DNA of 63,417 bases, filler included, from Desulfonatronovibrionaceae bacterium (GTDB lineage Bacteria > Desulfobacterota > Desulfovibrionia > Desulfovibrionales > Desulfonatronovibrionaceae): the NCBI GenBank assembly GCA_046539845.1. It is 3 parts of 3 records of this genome, joined end to end, with 100 filler letters (N's around TTAATTAATTAA, not from the genome) between each part and the next. Parts side by side here need not be neighbours in the genome. Positions count along the whole stretch, not along the records: positions 53,880 to 63,417 come from JBKHGE010000062.1; 2 more parts are not named here. One strand, given 5' to 3'. Under the pieces are notes generated by a model. That model ran no database searches. It was given only the letters and a program-made list of their open reading frames with translations, and was not told the origin of the DNA. The translations under genes and the position numbers were made by a program. Shown piece by piece: positions 58,842-63,417 of this stretch (position 1 is the stretch's first letter; each line of letters starts with the position of its first letter).

Positions 58842-61231
58842 TTTAATCGCCTTTGTTCGGTCGGTTTTTGGGGGTTGTTGTTTGTGTTCTTCCGGAAAGG
58901 GAGGACGAAAAGGGCGCAGATCGAGGCCGCGCCCACTCCGATCAAGACCGATATCCCCAGTGAACTCAGGGCCGGATGCCCGGCCAGGGCCAGTGCGCCG
59001 AAGGCCAGCATGGTGCTCAGCCCGGAGATGAACACCGCCCCGGGAGTGCCGGATTTGTCTCTGCTTCGTTCCCAAAAGAGCATGAATATCCCGTAGTCCA
59101 CGCCCAGGCCGATGGCCAGGGGCACCCCGGCGGCGTGGAATAGGTTCAGAGGAACGGAAAACAGGGCGAAAAGGCCGGTCAGGGCCAAAACCGCACTTGC
59201 GGGCGGCAGAAAGGCCAAAAATATGTCCAGGGGCCTGCGGAAGACGAGCAAAAGAAAGGCGGCAATAACCGCAAAACCCAGCCCAGCGTAGAGAAGCAGG
59301 TCCTTTTTCACACTCTGGCCCAGCCTGCGGCCTATACCGGCCTCGGAGAGTACATGCACCCCGGGCAGGTCCTCGGCCGTACTGGACAGGGCCGCGGCAG
59401 CTTCCTGGTCCCGGCCGGCGGAGTATGTGTATACCGCGTCATTCGAGCCGATGAATACTTCCGCGAGCCCCGGCAGTCCGATGCGGCTCAGTCCCTCGGG
59501 AGTGATCGCCTCCGGCTTGGTCCGTTGGTCAGTGAGGCGCACAAAGGGGGTAAACGCCTCCGGGCGGAAGCCGAATTCCTTTCCGGCCCGGGTCAGCCAT
59601 TCCCGGAGTTGCTCCTTTTTCTTCGGGGTCCAGAATTCGTGCCAGGTCTCCAGGTTTTCCCCCTGGGTCTTTTTTGCGGGCAAAAGGGGGCTTGAGGAGA
59701 CGAACTCCCGGCTCACCCCCTGACTCTGCAGCTCTCGGTATAAGAGGTCGTTTAAGCGCAGACTCTTTTGCACATCCGCGCCTGCAGCCACGATCATGGT
59801 CCCGTCCCGGGCGGGTCCGGCGATCTCTTTTATCCTTTCCTCGGCGCCGCGGAGCCGATCCGGGAAATAACCCACGTTTTTAAGGTCGCCGCTGAAGCTG
59901 ATAAAAGGGGAGGCGCAGGCTAGAAAAAGCAGGAAGAGGCTCCAAAAGACGATCGGCCGCTTGCCCCGGCCCGGCGGACTGAATCGGGCCAGAAATGCCG
60001 GCCCGGACCTGTTTTTTTGCACCAGCCCGGGCAAAACGAACAGGGCCAGAAAACAGGCGGCCGCTATCCCGCAGACTGCCAGAAAGGACAATTGTCTGAT
60101 CCCGCTAATCCCGGAGAGGGACAGGACCAGAAACCCGGAGCAGGTGGTAAGCCCGCTGGCCATAAGCGGGGCAAATACTTTTCGGGCCGGGTTTTCCCCC
60201 TCCCCGGAGGTTTCCGCAGCCGCGTACACATGGACCCCGAAATCCAGGGTCAGACCGAGCAAAACCGCGCCAAAGCCCAAAACGATGCCCGAGAGCACGG
60301 GAAAGACCAGGCAGTAGGCGGCCGCAGCCCAGAGCAGGCTCAGGGCAGGGATCAAAAGTATCCACAGCGACCTGGGCCGGCGCAGAAAAAGGCCAAAGAC
60401 AAGGAAGAGACCGGCTGCGGACAGTCCGAGGACAATATTCATATCTGAGCGGATAATCCGGGCGTTGGCCTCGGAATAGGCGTGGGCGCTGACCACGGTG
60501 CATTCAATATCCGGGGGGAGTAGGTTTGCCTGGACCTTGTCCAGGGCGTCTAGCATCTCCCGGCTTTTTTTCGAGTCGGTGGGATCCACGCTGCAGGCGG
60601 CGGTAATAAGTGCATCTTGGCCGTTTTTTGAGAGGGTGAATCCTTCTTTGGGGTCAAGGGCGGCCAAACCGCGTAGGTTTTTCAGTCCGGAGAGAAAAAA
60701 GCGGCGCAGGTTGAGGGGGTCCAGACGCACGGCGTCCTTGAAAAAAATCCCCTGGGATCCGCCGGCCAGGGCGCGGTTCTCGCGCATCCTCTTCCGGACC
60801 GCCTCATAGTTGAATTCGTCCTCCAGTTCGGACAGGGCGTCCGGGCCGAGCAGCAGGGGCAGGCGTTCCAGAAAATAGCGGAAAACAACGGTTTGGTCCG
60901 ATCGGTTTAGGCCCAGCACCCGGGGGAAATATTCCCCCGGAAGCTGGTTTGCAAAGGCACCTGCCGCGTTTTGGAGTCTTTGTTCCCCGGTGTTTGGACC
61001 GGCCTCAAGCAGGATAAACACCTTGTCCGCCCACGGGGAGCCGCGGAAAAAATCCAGGTCTCGGGCCACTTTCGGGTCGTTGTCCGGGAGCATGACCGCG
61101 ATATCCTCGCTTATTCGGTCCAGGCTCAGGTAGATGCAGGCCGCGGCTGCCAGGCTGAAGATTGAAACAAGGAAGAAAGCGATCTTCCGGCTCGGCTGGG
61201 GCAGGCGCCCGGGGGGTGAAAACAGGCTCAT
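58838..61231 (-). CDS. MMPL/RND-family lipid exporter
   Basis: Two 1+5 TM repeats with GAVLLGLTLDF and LAIGLGVDYGIF, FGALAL..HPAL.SLG. Confidence 0.88.
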   Translation of the reverse strand: MSLFSPPGRLPQPSRKIAFFLVSIFSLAAAACIYLSLDRISEDIAVMLPDNDPKVARDLDFFRGSPWADKVFILLEAGPNTGEQRLQNAAGAFANQLPGEYFPRVLGLNRSDQTVVFRYFLERLPLLLGPDALSELEDEFNYEAVRKRMRENRALAGGSQGIFFKDAVRLDPLNLRRFFLSGLKNLRGLAALDPKEGFTLSKNGQDALITAACSVDPTDSKKSREMLDALDKVQANLLPPDIECTVVSAHAYSEANARIIRSDMNIVLGLSAAGLFLVFGLFLRRPRSLWILLIPALSLLWAAAAYCLVFPVLSGIVLGFGAVLLGLTLDFGVHVYAAAETSGEGENPARKVFAPLMASGLTTCSGFLVLSLSGISGIRQLSFLAVCGIAAACFLALFVLPGLVQKNRSGPAFLARFSPPGRGKRPIVFWSLFLLFLACASPFISFSGDLKNVGYFPDRLRGAEERIKEIAGPARDGTMIVAAGADVQKSLRLNDLLYRELQSQGVSREFVSSSPLLPAKKTQGENLETWHEFWTPKKKEQLREWLTRAGKEFGFRPEAFTPFVRLTDQRTKPEAITPEGLSRIGLPGLAEVFIGSNDAVYTYSAGRDQEAAAALSSTAEDLPGVHVLSEAGIGRRLGQSVKKDLLLYAGLGFAVIAAFLLLVFRRPLDIFLAFLPPASAVLALTGLFALFSVPLNLFHAAGVPLAIGLGVDYGIFMLFWERSRDKSGTPGAVFISGLSTMLAFGALALAGHPALSSLGISVLIGVGAASICALFVLPFRKNTNNNPQKPTEQRRLK

Positions 61232-61839
61232 TTTCCGGAGAAAATCCCCTGGGGCAGGGAGGTGTTGGTCTGCGTGGAGTTGAACTCTATTCGGGTCCGG
61301 TCTCCGTCCGGCTCAAAAAAGGTGATCTCCTGGATGACCCCTTTTTGTCGGGACATGCGGATCACCAGTTCGGATATCGCATTACGCATGGTTTCTGCTT
61401 TCGGGACGAGGGTCAAAACCAGGGGATCTTTTTTTTTGACCTGTATGCGGTAGTTTTTTTGCAGCCGGGCCATGTCCAGGCGAGACCAGGCTATGAGCTG
61501 CTCGGACAAGATTTCCCACATCGGATTTCCGGTGGTGCTTATCTTTTGTTCCCCGGATATCTCGTCCCATTTCACCCCCTTTTTTTTGCACAGGGCAAAA
61601 CCCTGCTCATACGGGGCGGTGTACTCCCAGCGCAAACAATCCGGGTCTCGGAAGTAGAATCTGCCTTTGGAACGAAGGGTATTTTCGAACATGGACAAAT
61701 CTTTTTTCTGCACGAATCGGCTGGATATGGTCTTTATCTCCCGGGCCTCCCTCTGCAAAGAGTCCAATATTTCCTCTTCCGGGAAGCCGGTGGCCGCGGC
61801 CGGAAAAAGGAGCAGGAAAACAAGAATGAGCCGCTTCAT
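61228..61839 (-). CDS. LolA-like carrier protein
   Basis: Signal peptide, FVQKK.L......S.G.F.F..P..LRWEY..PY, E.DGD.T.I.F. Confidence 0.88.
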   Translation of the reverse strand: MKRLILVFLLLFPAAATGFPEEEILDSLQREAREIKTISSRFVQKKDLSMFENTLRSKGRFYFRDPDCLRWEYTAPYEQGFALCKKKGVKWDEISGEQKISTTGNPMWEILSEQLIAWSRLDMARLQKNYRIQVKKKDPLVLTLVPKAETMRNAISELVIRMSRQKGVIQEITFFEPDGDRTRIEFNSTQTNTSLPQGIFSGK

Positions 61840-62258
61840 GTCACCTCCAGGGGGGACCACAGTTTCAGCCTGGCTTCGCACAGGGCCTCCCCCTGCAGGG
61901 ATACTAAGCCTTCGGCCACGGCGAACTCCTCGAATTCTCCGACCGTCTTTACCCGTATTTCAAGCGGGCTGGAGCAGGGCAGATCCTGCAGGGAACTGCG
62001 CTGCACCCCGACCAGAAATCCGGTCTTCAGGGTCTTTTTTTCATTTTGGGCTTGCCAGGCGCGGTATGCGGCGTAAGCCTGGGCAATCATCTCGATCCCG
62101 GCCAAGCGGTCTAGGAATCTGCCGTCGCTAAAAGGTGCCGTCGGCCCTGGGGCGGCCAGGACAAGTGCCTCGTCGCCAGAGCATTCCAGCAGTTCGTCCA
62201 CCAGGAGCATGGGCGGTTTGTGCGGGATGATGTCTTTGATTTTCGTCGGAAGCTGCAT
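61836..62258 (-). CDS. Hotdog-fold 3-hydroxyacyl-ACP dehydratase-like protein (ApeP-type)
   Basis: IPHKPPMLLVD.L, IEMIAQA.AA, GFLVG. Confidence 0.82.
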   Translation of the reverse strand: MQLPTKIKDIIPHKPPMLLVDELLECSGDEALVLAAPGPTAPFSDGRFLDRLAGIEMIAQAYAAYRAWQAQNEKKTLKTGFLVGVQRSSLQDLPCSSPLEIRVKTVGEFEEFAVAEGLVSLQGEALCEARLKLWSPLEVT

Positions 62259-63304
62259 TACTTCTCCTCCCCGGTTTGCCCCAGCCAGCAGAGCGGGTCC
62301 TCGGCCAGGTAGTCGCCGCTTAACTGGTAGGCCGCACCCCGACAGCCGTAGCAGGGCGGGTTGTGTTCACAGGCGGCGCATTTGCCTTTTATGTTTTTGT
62401 GGATATCTCTAAGATCCTGAAAGACCCGGCTGTTGGAGATTATTTCCTGTAACCACTTTTCCCGGATGTTCCCCCCGGACACGGTTACTCCGGGGCAGGG
62501 AAAGACCTCGCCAGTGGAGGTCACCGTGCAGGAAAACAGGTGCCTCCTGCAGGTAAAAGCGGCGATTGGCGGTTTCGGGGCCCAGTCATGTCCGAAGCGC
62601 TCCCGATCGATGCGGGCCAGATCCTCAAATAGCGGCTTTAGCTCCTCCCCGGGCACGTGCAGGCCCGGATTGCCGCAGGCCCGGCCCTGGTCGGTCAGGG
62701 TCTCGAAATAGGGGATCACCCCTTTTTCCCGTAAATAGGTCCACATGGCTGGGAGTTCGCGGTAGTTCTGGGCGCAGATGATTGTCTGCGCACCCAGGGG
62801 CAGATGGACATCCGGGTACCCGGCGGCGAACAGATTGTCCAGCCCTTGGCGGATAAGTCCTGCCGCCCCTTTTTTCCCGGCAAGGAGGTCCTGCACCCTG
62901 GGGTTTAAGCTGTTGAACTTGACAACCGGTTTGATTTTCCTCTCGGCCAGGAATTGGGCCAGGGCCAAGTCTATCCGGGTGGCGTTAGTAAAGAGTTCGA
63001 TCTCCAGGCCGTTTTGGGCCAAAAAATCCAGGACCGCTTTTATCTCCGGGTATAAAAGCGGCTCCCCCCCGCCAAGGACTATGATTCGTACCGCCCCGAG
63101 TTCCCGGGCCTGAATAAGCGCGTCTTTTATCTCCGGAAGGGTGAGTTCGCGGTCCGGATGGGTCCCGTCCGCCTGGGCATAGCAGTATATGCAGCGCAGG
63201 TTGCACATCCGGCTCAGCTCCAATTCCATGGTCAGAAGACGGCCTTCTTTGCGGGTTTTTTCAATTTTTGCCTCTGTGAACTGAGGGCCCCAGCAGTTAT
63301 CCAT
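62258..63304 (-). CDS. Radical SAM protein with SPASM domain
   Basis: CNLRCIYC, GGGEP, FTN, C-terminal C...G.V.PC and KCAAC.....CYGCR..A.......DPLC. Confidence 0.92.
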   Translation of the reverse strand: MDNCWGPQFTEAKIEKTRKEGRLLTMELELSRMCNLRCIYCYAQADGTHPDRELTLPEIKDALIQARELGAVRIIVLGGGEPLLYPEIKAVLDFLAQNGLEIELFTNATRIDLALAQFLAERKIKPVVKFNSLNPRVQDLLAGKKGAAGLIRQGLDNLFAAGYPDVHLPLGAQTIICAQNYRELPAMWTYLREKGVIPYFETLTDQGRACGNPGLHVPGEELKPLFEDLARIDRERFGHDWAPKPPIAAFTCRRHLFSCTVTSTGEVFPCPGVTVSGGNIREKWLQEIISNSRVFQDLRDIHKNIKGKCAACEHNPPCYGCRGAAYQLSGDYLAEDPLCWLGQTGEEK

Positions 63305-63417
63305 GATAAGAGAAAAACTCCGGTTTGAAATGGATTTTAGTGGTCAAGTCTTTTTAAGGATTAAATGCGCAAGCAGTCTCAATAATCCAAACCGCTACTG
63401 GGTTCAATGTGTTAAAT

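Overview
Chromosomal scaffold segment, most likely from a sulfate-reducing Desulfovibrionales-type bacterium (inferred from gene content and order). Two N-gaps carrying an artificial TTAATTAATTAA linker (27427-27526, 53780-53879) split it into three contigs, so adjacency across the gaps is unproven. Contig 1: a defence locus downstream of tRNA-fMet (hsdM, hsdS and a REP-associated HUH transposase), two MFS transporters, the dcw cluster (mraZ to ftsZ, no ddl), pyk, a degenerate HD-GYP gene and the 3' end of an rRNA operon. Contig 2: an accessory block (GntP permease, NCS2 permease with a HATPase-like tail, frameshifted SBP-TRIC fusion, two Cys-rich secreted proteins, papain-family autotransporter, atypical sigma-54 activator), then typA, an MHS transporter, bioADB, two tRNA-Ser, alaC-hom-apgM-ybgC-budA, a lipoprotein, csaA and a truncated mrr. 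Contig 3: yefM-yoeB and an aryl-polyene/ladderane-type lipid tailoring and export operon with two radical SAM enzymes. The most striking observation is a 282-bp (exactly 94-codon) element bounded by CCTGCCTGC...GCAGGCAGG inverted repeats and encoding an apparently intact GIY-YIG nuclease domain. It is inserted in frame in hsdM, and its precise removal restores the usual HsdM C-terminus. No database searches were run; all family calls come from motif recognition.
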